64,000 nt of DNA from Heteronotia binoei (lineage: Eukaryota): assembly GCF_032191835.1 (NCBI RefSeq), contig NC_083231.1, positions 26,722,001 to 26,786,000 on the forward strand, read 5' to 3'. Each line of letters opens with the position of its first letter. The first letter of the stretch is position 1. The notes beneath the pieces were generated by a model that made no database searches, was not told the DNA's origin, and worked only from the letters and a program-made list of their open reading frames with translations. Made by a program: the position numbers and the translations under genes. Positions 1 through 11,289 of this stretch are shown here, piece after piece.

Positions 1-99
1 AATACTGAGCCAAGAAAGATTCGTTGGATATGTTTTAGCCACTGAATTTTATAGAAGATCTGAGTCATAGCACCATAACGTTAATTTTAATACAAGTTG

Positions 100-242
100 A
101 TTTAATGATGGTTTTATATAATTGTAATTATTGTGAATTATGGTTTTATTGTACATTGTATTTATATGTTGTGAGCCGCCCTGAGCCTGCCTCGGCGGGG
201 AGGGCGGGATATAAATAAAAGGTATTATTATTATTATTATTA
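100..242 (+). mobile_element. L2 LINE 3' tail fragment
   Basis: TGTGAGCCGCCCTGAGCC..GGAGGGCGGGATATAAAT followed by (ATT)n; same tail as the L2 copies ending at ~15700 and ~37000. Confidence 0.75.
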
Positions 243-488
243 TAAACATATGGAGCAGAGGTCCATCAGTGGCTATTAGCCACACCGTATTGTTGGAACT
301 CTCTGTCTGGGGCAGTAATGCTCCGTATTTTGGGTGCTTGGCGGGGAGGCAACAGTGGGAGGGCTTCTAGTGTCCTGACCCTACTGGTGGATCTTCTGAT
401 GGCACCTGTTTTTTTGGGCACTGTGTGACAGTGTTGGACTGGATGGGCCACTGGCCTGATCCAACATGGCTTCTCTTATGTTTTTATG
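243..488 (+). mobile_element. CR1 LINE 3' fragment (subfamily A)
   Basis: Matches the 3' UTR of the RT-coding copy at 29761-30510; ends in a (TTCTTATG)n-type tail. Confidence 0.9.
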
Positions 489-1149
489 GTAAGTAATAAC
501 TTGGAACTGTCAGCTCAACTGCAGTTTGCATTTAGCACATGGTCAATTTTCATGCTATGTTTTGTTAGCCTGGTAAACAGCCCTTCTCTTCAAAGCCAGA
601 GCATACTCACAGTTGACATGTAATATCATATCTAGTGGTGAATGGAAGAAGTACTATTAATATTGCTGTTGAATGTGACATTGCACTGTCCTGCCTTATG
701 ATATTGCTGGTTCTTGTTCATGAGTTAATCCAGCCCTGCTCAATGTGTCTTGAGGTTTGGGGTCTTAGCTACCTTACACCCCGTCAGGATACTGTTATGT
801 CCCCTTGCTATAAAAATTTCTGAATAGCAGTAACTCGCCTGCAGAGGAAACAATAAAGGGACACTACGGGGCTGGCGGTGGGTGGAACACACTCTAGTCC
901 CTGGTGACCTTAGTTCTGAGCTGCATCAACTCATCTGTTCACCTGTACAACCTATCTTGGACTCTGCTACTGAGTTATTCTTGTTGAGGATGGTATGTGC
1001 ATACATTTATCCCAGTGTGCAAAAAGCAAACATCTGAAATTGGGAACAGGCTTACAAAAATTCCATTTTGTTCGGCAAGGAACACATACAGTACCACAGT
1101 TATTAGTATTTTTCTGCTGCCAAAGAATTTGAAATGTTGTATAAGACTA

Positions 1150-1438
1150 TACAGTGGCACAGAGTGGTAAAGCTGCAGTACTGCAGTCTGAACTCTCTGC
1201 TCATGACCTGAGTTCAATCCTGGTGGAAGCTGGGTTCAAGTAACCGGCTCAGGGTTGACTCAGCCTTCCATCCTTCCGAGGTTGGTAAAATGAGTACCCA
1301 GCTTGTTGGGGGGGGAAGTGTAGATGACTGGGGAAGGCAATGGCAAACCACCCCGTAAAAAGTCTGCCGTGAAAACATTGTGATGTGACGTCACCCCAGA
1401 GTCGGAAACGACGTGCTTGCACAGGGGACTACCTTTTT
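1150..1438 (+). mobile_element. Sauria SINE
   Basis: tRNA-like head (GTGGCACAGAGTGGTAAAGC), body GTTGACTCAGCCTTCCATCCTTCCGAGG, BovB-like tail GGCAATGGCAAACCACC; near-identical to 47280 and 56100. Confidence 0.85.
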
Positions 1439-1918
1439 ATAAGAATATAAGAAAAGTCATGTTGGATTAGGCCAATGGCCCATCCAGCCCAATACTCTGT
1501 GTCACAAAGTGGCCAAAAAACCCAGGCACCATCAGGAAGTGTCCTGGAGCCAGGACACTAGAAGCCCTCCCACTGTGCCCCCCCCCAAGCACGAAGAATA
1601 CAGAGTATTACCGCCTCAGACAGAGAGTTCCAACAATATGCTGTGGCTAATAGCCACTGATGGACCTCTGCTTCATATGTTTATCCAATCCCCTCTTCGA
1701 GCTGTCTATGCTTGTAGCCGCCACCACCTCCTGTGGCAGTGAATTCCACATATTAATCACCCTTTGGGTGAAGAATACTTCCTTTTATCCATTCTAACCC
1801 AACTGCTCAGCAATTTCATTGAGTGTCCACAAGTTCTTGTATTGTGAGAAAGGGAGAAAAGTACTTCTTTCTCTACTTTCTCCGTTCCATGCATAATATT
1901 GTAAACCTCTATCATGTA
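1439..1918 (-). mobile_element. CR1 LINE 3' fragment (subfamily A)
   Basis: Reverse complement of the CR1-A 3' end including the RT C-terminus. Confidence 0.9.
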
Positions 1919-1924
1919 AACATG

Positions 1925-2295
1925 CAAAGCTGAGGAGGTTCAGCCCTGGTTAGTAGTTGGATGGGAGCCCATTAGGAATACTAGGGTCATGACCAATGTT
2001 CCCTCTAAGCCACAGAGTCTAGTGAGCAAAAATTCTACTTTGTGGGCTACTGGCATTAAAGTTGTGAGCTACTGCATAAATTAGTGTGCTCTGGGGTCAT
2101 CCTTCCTGTGCTAAGACAAAAATGGATGAGCTGGAGACTAAAAATCTGTGAGCTAGTCCACGCCAACTCAACTTACAGGGAACACTGTCATGACATGGAG
2201 GCAGACAACGGCCAATCACCTCTGAACCTCTCTTGCTTTGAAAACCCCACCAGGGGTCGCCACATGTCAGCTGTGTCTGCAGGACTAAAACAACA
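1925..2295 (+). mobile_element. 5S rRNA-derived SINE interrupted by a hAT MITE
   Basis: CCTGGTTAGTAGTTGGATGGGAG (5S internal control region) before 1994; RTE-type tail GGCAGACAACGGCCAATCACC..CTTGCTTTGAAAACCCC after 2188. Confidence 0.7.
1994..2187. mobile_element. hAT-type MITE family M3 (TIR CAGTGTTCCCTCTAAGC)
   Basis: Terminal inverted repeats, repeated GCTCACA motifs, flanking GTCATGAC/TCATGAC duplication. Confidence 0.85.
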
Positions 2296-2330
2296 CACAT
2301 GTTGGAGAGGAGGAGAGGGCAGTAAAAACA

Positions 2331-2512
2331 AGCCTTTTTGGGGGGGAGCCGGGAACGCAGTTCTGGCTGGCTTGGCATCAGGGGGTGTGGCCTAATATAC
2401 AAATGAACTCCTGCTGGGCTTTTTCTACAGAAACAATGGTGATGTCAAGGGTGTGTGGCCTAATAGGTAAATGAGTTCCTGCGAGGCTTTTCTCACAAAA
2501 AAAAAAGCCTTG
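2331..2512. mobile_element. hAT-type MITE family M5 (AGGGCTTTTT...AAAAAGCCCT)
   Basis: Two GGTGTGGCCTAAT blocks; similar to 41650, 53890, 55170. Confidence 0.75.
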
Positions 2513-2766
2513 AGTAAAATCATTTCCTTTTGGGAGTCCTCACTTTTCACACCATGAATTAGAAGGATGTGGAACCTTCACGGGAGTGCATGACCGGGCT
2601 CTGGGAATTGTTAAAACAATCTGGCCTATCCAGCTTGACATTGTCCACATAGCCTGGCGTGGTGGCCGTAGCTTTCCAGTATCCCAGGTACAGCTCCTTC
2701 AATCACTGATCCTTTCAGCTGGGAGTGAATCTGCCCCCCAAGCAGATGACCTACCACTCAGCCATA

Positions 2767-3262
2767 AAGTTGGCAAGTCTGACTCAAGAAATACCTTGGG
2801 ACTTTGTGGGTGGAGCCAGGAGCAAGGGTGTCACAAGCACAAATTCACGATTGAACTCCAAAGGGAGTTCTGGCCATCACATTGAAAGGGACCATGCACC
2901 TTTTAAATGCCTTCCTTCCATTTGAAATAATGAAGGATAGGGGTATCTTCTTTTGGGGCTCATAGAATTGGACCCTTTGATCCAAACTTTTTGAAACATG
3001 GAGGCTCCTTTGAGGAGAGGCACTAGATGCTATGTGGAAAATTTGGTGCCTCTACTTCAAAAACCAGCCCCCCTAGAGTCCCAGATACTCATGGATCAAT
3101 TTTCCATTATACTCTATGCAATGGGAATTGGTCTCCATAGGAAATAATGGGAGTACCCAGCAGACATTTCCCTCCCCCTTCCCCAATTTCTGATAACCCT
3201 GAAGCGGGGGGGGGGGAGGGCCTCCAAACTGGGGGATTCTCTGCCTGGGGATTGGGCAAACT
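2767..3262 (+). mobile_element. Non-autonomous DNA transposon, long AGGGTTGCCA-type family (M7)
   Basis: ~500 bp matching 48340-48810 in the opposite orientation. Confidence 0.7.
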
Positions 3263-3299
3263 GGAAACTTCAGTGTGCTGATTAGCAAACACTAGAAAT

Positions 3300-5005
3300 A
3301 AACACTAGAAAGCATTTATTTATCTCGTAAATAAATGCTTAAGCAATTTCTTTCATAATGATGCAATTATATTATTATCATCACAAACCAAAATTCATTA
3401 AATGTCCATAGAAAAATCAAAGTTATTTCACACCAAAGGTAGTACTTTCAAAATCAGAATGTTATTTCACATCACTCTTGTAAGATCGTACTTTACCGTC
3501 CACTGTCTCAGTTCTCCTTTGCTTGAAAGATGTAGACAGTACCACACCTGTATATGATTCCTTCTATGAGTAGCAGACCGAAGTCTGACAGGTGTGGCAG
3601 TTACACAGGTCCTAAGTTCAGTTCTGCGTTTCGTTCCCCTTCCACTGGCCGCTTTCTTTTAGGTTTGGAACTTTAACATAAATAAAACAATAATTTACCA
3701 TACAAATCATAACAAAGCATAACAAACATTTCTCTGATACAAACCAATCCATGCTTACCAGGCAATTGCTCACACATTATAATGCAATGTTACTTTGAAG
3801 CTTGCACAAATGGTTCTCAAACACAACTGATTCTCAAGCAGCATATATAGTTCTATGCAGCAGTATCCAATTTACACTTAAACTGATATATACGCATATA
3901 TTTTTATGCCATTTTTAGACAAATCCAGACAAATCCAATGAAGCATTCAGACCCTGGGGGGACATGGTCTGGAATTTATGAATAAAGAAGGCTTCCTTTT
4001 GCAGCAGGATTTTGGAAATGTTCTCTATATTATATTGATGTCCTTTATAAGCATACATCACTGCACACTGTATTTCATCACATGAGTGTCCACATTCATC
4101 ACAGTGCTGGACAATGGGAGCATCTAATATTCCCTGACGTATGCGACTCTTATGTTCCAAAAAACGTGTTCTCAAATTGCGCATGCTTGAACCAACATAA
4201 TGCCTGGAACATGGACACCTTAAAATGTAAATTATTCTTGAGGTGGTGCAGGTGCTTAGATGAGTCAATCTTCAAGTAAAGCCATTTATAGTAAGTTCCT
4301 TAATCTCAATAGCATTTTCACAGATTGAACAATTTCTGCATTTAAAATGGCCCCTTGGTCTGTCCTGCATAGGAGGAACCTTTACACCATGTCTGATCTT
4401 ATTAATGTGTCCCTCAGTGTTCTGCATTTCTTCCAGCCAATCGTGGGAAAAGAAGCACACCCAAGAAGCTTGTCTATCATGTGCCAATGCCTTCTCAAAA
4501 TGTTAATGATCTGTTTTGATCTGACTGAATATTGGAAGGCACAGGTCAATCTTTGGTGTGATCTCTGTTGTGATTCCGTCTTATCCTGCAATAACTCACG
4601 TCTCTCTTTAAACTTAGTTCTTCATAAAGCATTCTGCAGAACCTCAGGATAGCTACGTTGTTGTAAATGTCTATAAAGGTTACCCCTGGGCTTCAAACAA
4701 TCAGATTCTTTTGTGTAGTTACGTTTGATTCTTACAAACTGCCCAAAGGGTAAATTATATTTAATGTGAGGAGGATGAAAGGATTCAAATTGCAATAGAG
4801 AATTTTTATCAGTGGGTTTTGTATATAGTCTAATGCCAAGCCTATCGTGCTCATTTCTGTATACAATGGTGTCTAGAAAATTAATTTGTAATAGATAGCT
4901 GTGAGCTTCACATTTAATAGCTGGGTGTACATCATTACACCAGCTCACAAAACTGTCAAGCGTGCTCTCATCTTTATACAGAAGAAAAATATCATCTATA
5001 TAGAT
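3300..5005 (-). mobile_element. Penelope-like element, Neptune-type, 5'-truncated
   Basis: Minus-strand RT C-terminus, Cys-rich linker and GIY-YIG endonuclease, followed by a long AT-rich 3' region; 3' boundary approximate. Confidence 0.9.
3915..5005 (-). pseudogene. PLE reverse transcriptase / GIY-YIG endonuclease, disrupted
   Basis: YIDDIFL (~4985-5002), NFLDT..LYTKPTDKNSLL..SFHP..LPFGQF (thumb), CRNCSIC linker, IIYILRCPCSRHYVG..LRTRFLEH..EAFFI..P.GLN; two in-frame TGA (4622-4624, 4272-4274) and one frameshift near 4390. Confidence 0.9.
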
Positions 5006-5029
5006 GCAGATGCTCCCTCCTCCTCCCCC

Positions 5030-6420
5030 GAAATCAAGCTTTGGCCTGCTTCCTCCGCTTGCAGAAGTTTCCCTTCCCTTCCCGCTCCCTCTCTGCTCAG
5101 CTCTCCATCCGCACCGCCTTGCAAGGGCCAGTGGCGGCCACGGCGCGTCGCCTTCCTCCTAGCAGCGGCCCTGACTTTGCAGGCTGCTTTGCGCGCTCGG
5201 CTTCCCAACTGCGCTCGGGAGGAGGAGGAGGAGGAGGAGGGGGGGGGGGGAGCAGAAGGAGCGCGGGAGGTGGAAGAGGAGGAGCAGCCGCCGCCGCTGC
5301 CGCCAGAGGCCGGAATTGTTTCCTGGGGAAAGCGCAGCAGGCTGGGAAAGCGTTTCCGGCAGGCTGGCTGCATCCCGCATTGGGGCTTGGGAAGAAGGTG
5401 GCGCGGGTGGGCGACGCCGCTGCCGCCAGCCTCGAGGCCGGGGAAAGGGACGGCGCCAGGCCGGGGTAAGTCAAGCTCTTCCTTGGCCCGCTAGCTCATC
5501 TCGCCTAGTTGGATTTCGTTCCCCGGGGCTAAGGCGGGTGGAGGCGGCGGCGACGGCGCTGTGTTGCGGGCGGGCACATCTGGCTCTTCCAGCTGCCACA
5601 TCTGCAACAGCGGCGACGGCGGGAGGGGGGTTTGGCAGGGACGCGGCCGCCTCGTTGCTGCGGCTGCTGGGGTGGGGGGAAGGATGTGCAGCCGTGCGGG
5701 GGTAGGGGGGGTGTCGCTGGGATCTCGCAGGAGGCATCTTTCGGGGGTGCGCTAAGCTTCCCAGCAGGGTCGTCAGGTGGTTCCAGTGCGGTGGGCAGCC
5801 AGCGAGGCAGGGAGAGAGCCGTGGCTCTGGAGTTACTCCGGAGGACACCCGCATTGGATTCCGGGGGGGAAGAGTGCGGAGCGGGGGAGTTTCAGGCTGG
5901 CGGGGGGGGGGGGGGGCGACTCCGCTGCAGTGGGAGGCCGAATGGATTGCAAGCTGGGTGCAGGGGGGGGGGAGGGACCTCGTGGCGGGGGGGGGGAATA
6001 AAAAAGCAAGTGGTGGAGTGGACCCAGCAGAAGGCAGAGAAGGGGTGGAGAAAGGCGAGGGGTAGGTGGGTGGGGGCTCACGCACCCCCCCCCCCGCCCT
6101 TGCAGTTCTTGCTCGGCGTTTCCTCGGGCCCTGGATTCTCAGCGCCTCTTTCCCAAGCTGCGGTTCGTGCCTTTCTCGTTCAGGCCCGGTTGAAGCCTCC
6201 TGCCTCCATCGCTATTGTCTCCCATCTGCCCCCTTAAGCATTCTGCGTCTGATGCTTAACTTGTGTTTTTTTTTTTCCTTTTCTTGCTTTCCTTCCGATT
6301 TTTGCGCATGCTTTTTTGGGAGGGGGAAAGAAAACACCCTCTCGAGGTGGGCTCGAGCGTTGGCTCGTTCTTGGCGTGGCAGCCTTTCTGATGTGCTGCC
6401 CGAGGGGTCTGACCGGTGAT
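5030..6420. promoter_or_regulatory. CpG island / promoter of the host gene
   Basis: Abrupt switch to very GC- and CpG-rich non-repeat sequence, (GGA)7, long G-runs, NRF1-like TGCGCATGC at ~6302. Confidence 0.9.
5190..5465 (+). other. Probable first (5' UTR) exon of an unidentified gene
   Basis: Inside the CpG island, ends at GGG|GTAAGT (GT at 5466-5467); start position approximate. Confidence 0.6.
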
Positions 6421-7151
6421 GGTTTCTGCTTAAAAGACTGAAGGAACCCCGTGTTGGCTCCGGTGCTTTGAGGACTGAGGTTGAAGTTGTGCAGTAAAGA
6501 AAGACGGTCATTCTTCTCAGGCAGCCGTGGCTTTGCGAAGGACATGTCAGCCTGCTGGGCTTCCTGCGCCAGAAGCCCACGGATATCCCCGTGCATCGGA
6601 GATCTTGCAGAGGCTGCAAAATGCAGATCGAGCCCTGACTCCCAACTGCAAAGGGAGGAAATGACTTCTGCAAGACGCAAGAGGTGTTTGTCCTTTATTT
6701 AGAGAGTGCTGATGCAGAGCTACAGCCGAGGCTATTTTTGGACTGTATTGCTTGTTTAATTATTTATTGTATTTTGTTAAAAAAAAAAAAAAACCCTCCC
6801 AGATTGGCTTGCAAAGCAGTTTGTGGTAACAAAACCCACAAGTATTCCTTGCACAGTCATTAAAAAAAAAAAAAAAAGATGCAGAAGGTTGGGTGTTCTT
6901 GGTGAGGTTTTGGTCCAGGCCTGATAGAAGGATGCCTGGCTGCAGCCTCCCTTTCTTCTGGCCTCAGTGGGGCAGAACAGGCAGTTTTGCACTAGGCCTT
7001 CAATCCTGGTTTAACCCTATCCTCAAATTGATGCTCTACACTAGAATCACAGAATCAGAGAAACCAACTCTGTGACTCTATGATTTTAATGTAGAATGTC
7101 AGCTTGGGGGGGGGGGCTAAACCAGGATTAAAGGTCTAGTGCGAAATTGGT

Positions 7152-7440
7152 CAGGAGGTGGTGGCGGCCACAAGCATGGCCACCTTCAAGAGGGGGTTAG
7201 ATAAAAATATGGAGCAGAGGTCCATCANNNNNNNNNNNNNNNNNNNNNNNNNNNNNNNNNNNNNNNNNNNNNNNNNNNNNNNNNNNNNNNNNNNNNNNNN
7301 NNNNNNNNNNNNNNNNNNNNNNNNNNNNNNNNNNNNNNNNNNNNNNNNNNNNNNNNNNNNNNNNNNNNNNNNNNNNNNNNGAATGTTGGACTGGATGGGC
7401 CATTGGCCTGATCTAACATGGCTTCTCTTATGTTCTTATG
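7152..7440 (+). mobile_element. CR1-A 3' fragment spanning a 153-N gap (7228-7380)
   Basis: Both gap flanks are collinear with the other CR1-A copies; ends TTATGTTCTTATG. Confidence 0.9.
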
Positions 7441-7599
7441 TCAGGGTCTTCTCCATCAGAATCCAGGCACAGTGACTGGAGGGGGTGGGTGGGATCATTG
7501 TTGCTGATTTCTATACACTTCCATAGGCCTCTAGTATTGTAAAGTATCCCAATACTAGGGACAAACTGCAATCAGGAATCTACTAATCTCAGTAGATAA

Positions 7600-7688
7600 G
7601 CCTGAGCCTGCCCTGAGCCTGCCTTTGGTGGGGGAGGGCGGGATACAAAAATAAATTTATTATTATTATTGTTATTATTATTATTATT
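7600..7688 (+). mobile_element. L2 3' tail with (ATT)n
   Basis: GCCCTGAGCCTGCC..GGAGGGCGGGATAC..(TTA)n. Confidence 0.75.
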
Positions 7689-8067
7689 CAGCTATTCAGA
7701 AATAGATCAATATTTCCTTTTCTGGCCAATGGGTGCCGAGATGCTGAAGTGGTTGACAAGCATCTGGTGCTTTCTTGAGTGATTAAAATTGTACCAGACT
7801 CTTTGGATCTATGCTTTGTCTATTCTTCATTGACTGGTTATGCCTCTTACATACCCACCCTTCTCAAAGTATCCGCTGCCAGAGAAATGTCCAAGCTGTA
7901 GGCCTTGGTACACTTTGTGGATGGAACGATCTCAAATTCTTGGTCGCAGTTATGGTTGTTAGATGTTGTGCAAATCAAGGGACCATTTTTTTTTCATTCT
8001 GGGAACTGCCATTTCCCCAGTTTTAAGGGATGCCTTTTAATCCCAGAATCCCATGGAACATTGCAAC

Positions 8068-8260
8068 CAGTGTTGCCTCGAAGCTGTGGAGTCTTGTGAG
8101 CCAAAAATGTACTTTGTGAGTTACTGGCATTAAAGCTGTGAGGTACTGTATAAATTAGCTTGCTCTGGGGACATTTTTCATGAGCTAAGACAAAAAATAT
8201 GTGGGCCAGAGGCTAAAAAACTGTGAGCTAGCTCACACTAACAGCTTAGAGGGAACACTG
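8068..8260. mobile_element. hAT MITE M3
   Basis: TIRs; 8-bp TSD ATTGCAAC/ATTACAAC. Confidence 0.9.
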
Positions 8261-9630
8261 ATTACAACCCATCATTCTAGTTTCTTGTTCTTTCTAGGGC
8301 AACTTCACAAACTGTAACAAAAAAAATTATTGGCTGGCCTCCATTATTAGCTAATAAACTGAACCATGGAAGTAAGTTGGAGCCTTCTTGTGTTGTACCA
8401 TGTGGTTTCAAAACACTTGCTGGGACTGCTTTCAATCAGTTAGTTTAAAATATGTTTGAAAGTCTTGTGTGTGACGCTGGGGAGAAGTGCCTGATAAGGG
8501 TAAACTTTGAAGTTTTAAGTCCACAAACCTTTTACCAAGTAAAAAAAAAACATATGAGCTTCTTCAAAGCTGCTAGCATGGCTTTATAATGGAGATATGG
8601 TGGTTTCATCCACTCTCAATTGAATTCCTTCAGAGGACAAATTCAAGCACTGGAGTTTTGATTTAGACTGGACTTTGCTTAAGTGGATTAGTAGCCTGGC
8701 CAGGGTGTGCTGGAGACTGAACCTTATTTGGTGCACCATTTTGGGTATCATTGAAACTGTGTTGCTCAATCCTTAGTGATTGCTTTGTGTATTATAAATT
8801 TGTCCCAAGCAGGATTGCAGTAAAATGCTGTTTGGTGACAGATGTAAGTGAAAGGAAGACTTGAATATAGCACCTCCCTGAGACGTTTTGAAGGCCCTAT
8901 TGGGCAGCCTTGTCTGAATGCTTAGAAAGCTATCCTATGGAGGTCTACTCAGAATCATACTCAGGTCTATTCAATGGGGTTTACTCCCAGGAAAGTGCCC
9001 ATAGGAGTGCACTGCTAGTCTCCACCATGCCACGTCACATTAGCAGGATGCAACCCTTGGACTTTGGTTTTCTTGCAGCGTTTCTCTTTTCCCCTGTTGT
9101 CTTCTCTGCCACTTCTTGTTTCTGTTCTGCCGTGGCTCTCAGCCTGGCCCATTTGGCGAGGCCTGATATCCTTGTTATTGCTGCTTCTTTCTTACTGATG
9201 TTCGATTTTGTCATTTTGACAGATCTGTGTTCCCTGTAGGTTGTTGCTGTTCCCCTGTTGTCAAGGCTGAGATGGGGGACTGTAGTTGATTTTGTTAAGC
9301 TGTTGACCTCATTCCATCTTGCTGATGCTGGAGTGTAAGAAGTTATTTAGTGCTGTGCCATCTCACCCTACCCTAAGATTGGCAAACTTGTTTATTCTTG
9401 TATCTTTTTATCTGGTAAATTAAGTTAGGCCAGGATTACTATTTACCTTCCTTGGGTGATGGGCCTTCCCCTCCCCCCGCCATCGTGTTTTGGACAGTAG
9501 GAAAAATAGGGGCTGGGAGTGGAAGTGACATTGTGTGGCATGTCTGTTTTCACTGCATATTATAGTAAGAGGAATGTTTGGGCAACTCTAATGGTTAAAG
9601 ATTTTTGAGCTCTTGTAGAACTGTGTAGGT

Positions 9631-9941
9631 CAGGGGTGGTGAAACTTGCTTAACGTAAGAACCACATAGAACAAATGACAGATGTTCGAGAGCTGAAAGA
9701 CATGAACATCAGATGTTTGAGAGCCAGAAGGAGGGAGGGGATAGATGGAGAGGGTGGGAGAAGTGGAAAGAAAGCAACTTTAAACTTTACATGCATTCTC
9801 CACGCCTCCAGCTGGCTTGACTTGGAGAAGTGATTTAAAGAGAGAAATGCCTTCTCCGAGCTGTCCAACAGGGCAGTGGGGGCTTTGAGAGCCACACAAT
9901 ATGTGTGAAAGAGCCACATGTGGCTCCTGAGACCACCCCTG
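9631..9941 (-). mobile_element. hAT MITE M1 (TIR CAGGGGTGGCCAAAC)
   Basis: Internal GAGCCACATGTGGCTC palindrome, repeated GTGGCTC, purine microsatellite core. Confidence 0.85.
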
Positions 9942-10068
9942 GATACTATAGATAGTTGGGCAGTGTGTAGTTAGGTAGTGTCTGTAATCTGAATGAACCT
10001 GACACACGGTGGACATTACTGGCGGATATTATCTTCTTTTCACATCATATGTGTGGTCCTGTACTGTC

Positions 10069-10288
10069 TAGGGTTGCCAGCTTCAGACTGGGAAATACCT
10101 GTACATTTGGGGGGTGGAGCCTAAGGAAGGTGGTGGTTGGGCAGGGGAGGGACTTTTGTGGGATATAATGTCATAGAGTCCACCTCCCAAAATGACCATT
10201 TTATCCAGGGGAACTGATCTGTCACCTGGAGATCAGTTGTAATTGCCTGAGAACTCAGGCCCCCACTTGGACGCTGGTTGCCGCCCTA
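10069..10288 (+). mobile_element. hAT-like MITE M6 (TIR TAGGGTTGCCA)
   Basis: TIRs; flanks GTACTGTC/GTACTGCT. Confidence 0.8.
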
Positions 10289-11289
10289 GTACTGCTCTAC
10301 CTTCATGTTTTGAAAACTGCTGTGCTAAAGCTAGTTAACAGCACCAGTAGGATCACATCAGAACACTTTTAGTTGTGGAATGATCAAGCATGTGTAATGT
10401 TTGGGGTGCTAACTACTTTCCCTTCCTCTTTGAAAGCTTTAGAAACATCCAGTACACACTGTGAAAGCCCTTACTATAACAGTATTTGCTTAAATGTTGA
10501 AAAGTGGATAGCATTTGAGACTCAAAAGCTTGTTTCAACCCACCCTACCTCCACTTTCTTAGATTTTGTTTTCGTTTTTTTGGAAGTGATAATTTTGTGC
10601 TGTGCTGTTTAAAGTGGGTTTCTTGAACAGCATCACATTCCATAAATTACTCTTGCATGTGGGAACACACAAAGGTTCCTTTATGCTGAGTCAGAATGCT
10701 GGTCTGTTTTGTTGTATGCTGTCTACACAGATTTAGGGAATGTTAGGGACTGAACCATTTGTCTGCAAAGCATTTGTTCAACCACTGAACTTTGGCTCCT
10801 ATAAGATTTGTTTGTTTAAAAATGATATCCTGCATACTTTCAGCATACAATATGTTGCTGAATATTGTGGTTCCTACATGTGTAATTAAAGATATGAAGG
10901 CTTGGAAAGGGGATGTAAAAATTGGTTTAAAAAACCTGACCCCCCCCCCCCCCTCAGTAGAAAACAAATGTTTGTGGAAATAGAAAAACTGGGAAATTTG
11001 AGTGAGCACTGGGGGGGAAAGCTCCCATGATTTTGTTTTTCTCTTTTGAAATGAGGAAATGCCTTTATGACAAGGTTTTACTTGCTCAAAATGTATAGCC
11101 ATGAAAGCATAAAGACCCCCCCCCCCCCATTTTCCAAATGGAAATTTTTTGGAGGTTGCTAAAAAAGCTCCTTTGATTATATTTTGGAATAAATCAAATA
11201 CGCAAGGCATAAAGATGGCTTTAGCGTTAGAGGTCCCGAAAATGCAAAATTTTCCCTGCTGTACACCTGACGAGAGCCACAGGAAATGG

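Noticed and set aside
3610-3675. Possible hammerhead in the Neptune 3' region (minus strand CGAAACG)
   Set aside because: GAAAC is present but there is no CUGANGA and no convincing stem II
4901-6702. Many overlapping 60-204 aa ORFs on both strands
   Set aside because: Low-complexity Pro/Gly/Ala/Arg translations expected from a stop-poor CpG island; no recognisable domain, and the + strand ORFs cross the splice donor
7158-7475. ORFs containing runs of X (also 50343-50820 and 57877-58351)
   Set aside because: Artefacts of assembly N-gaps that fall inside repeats
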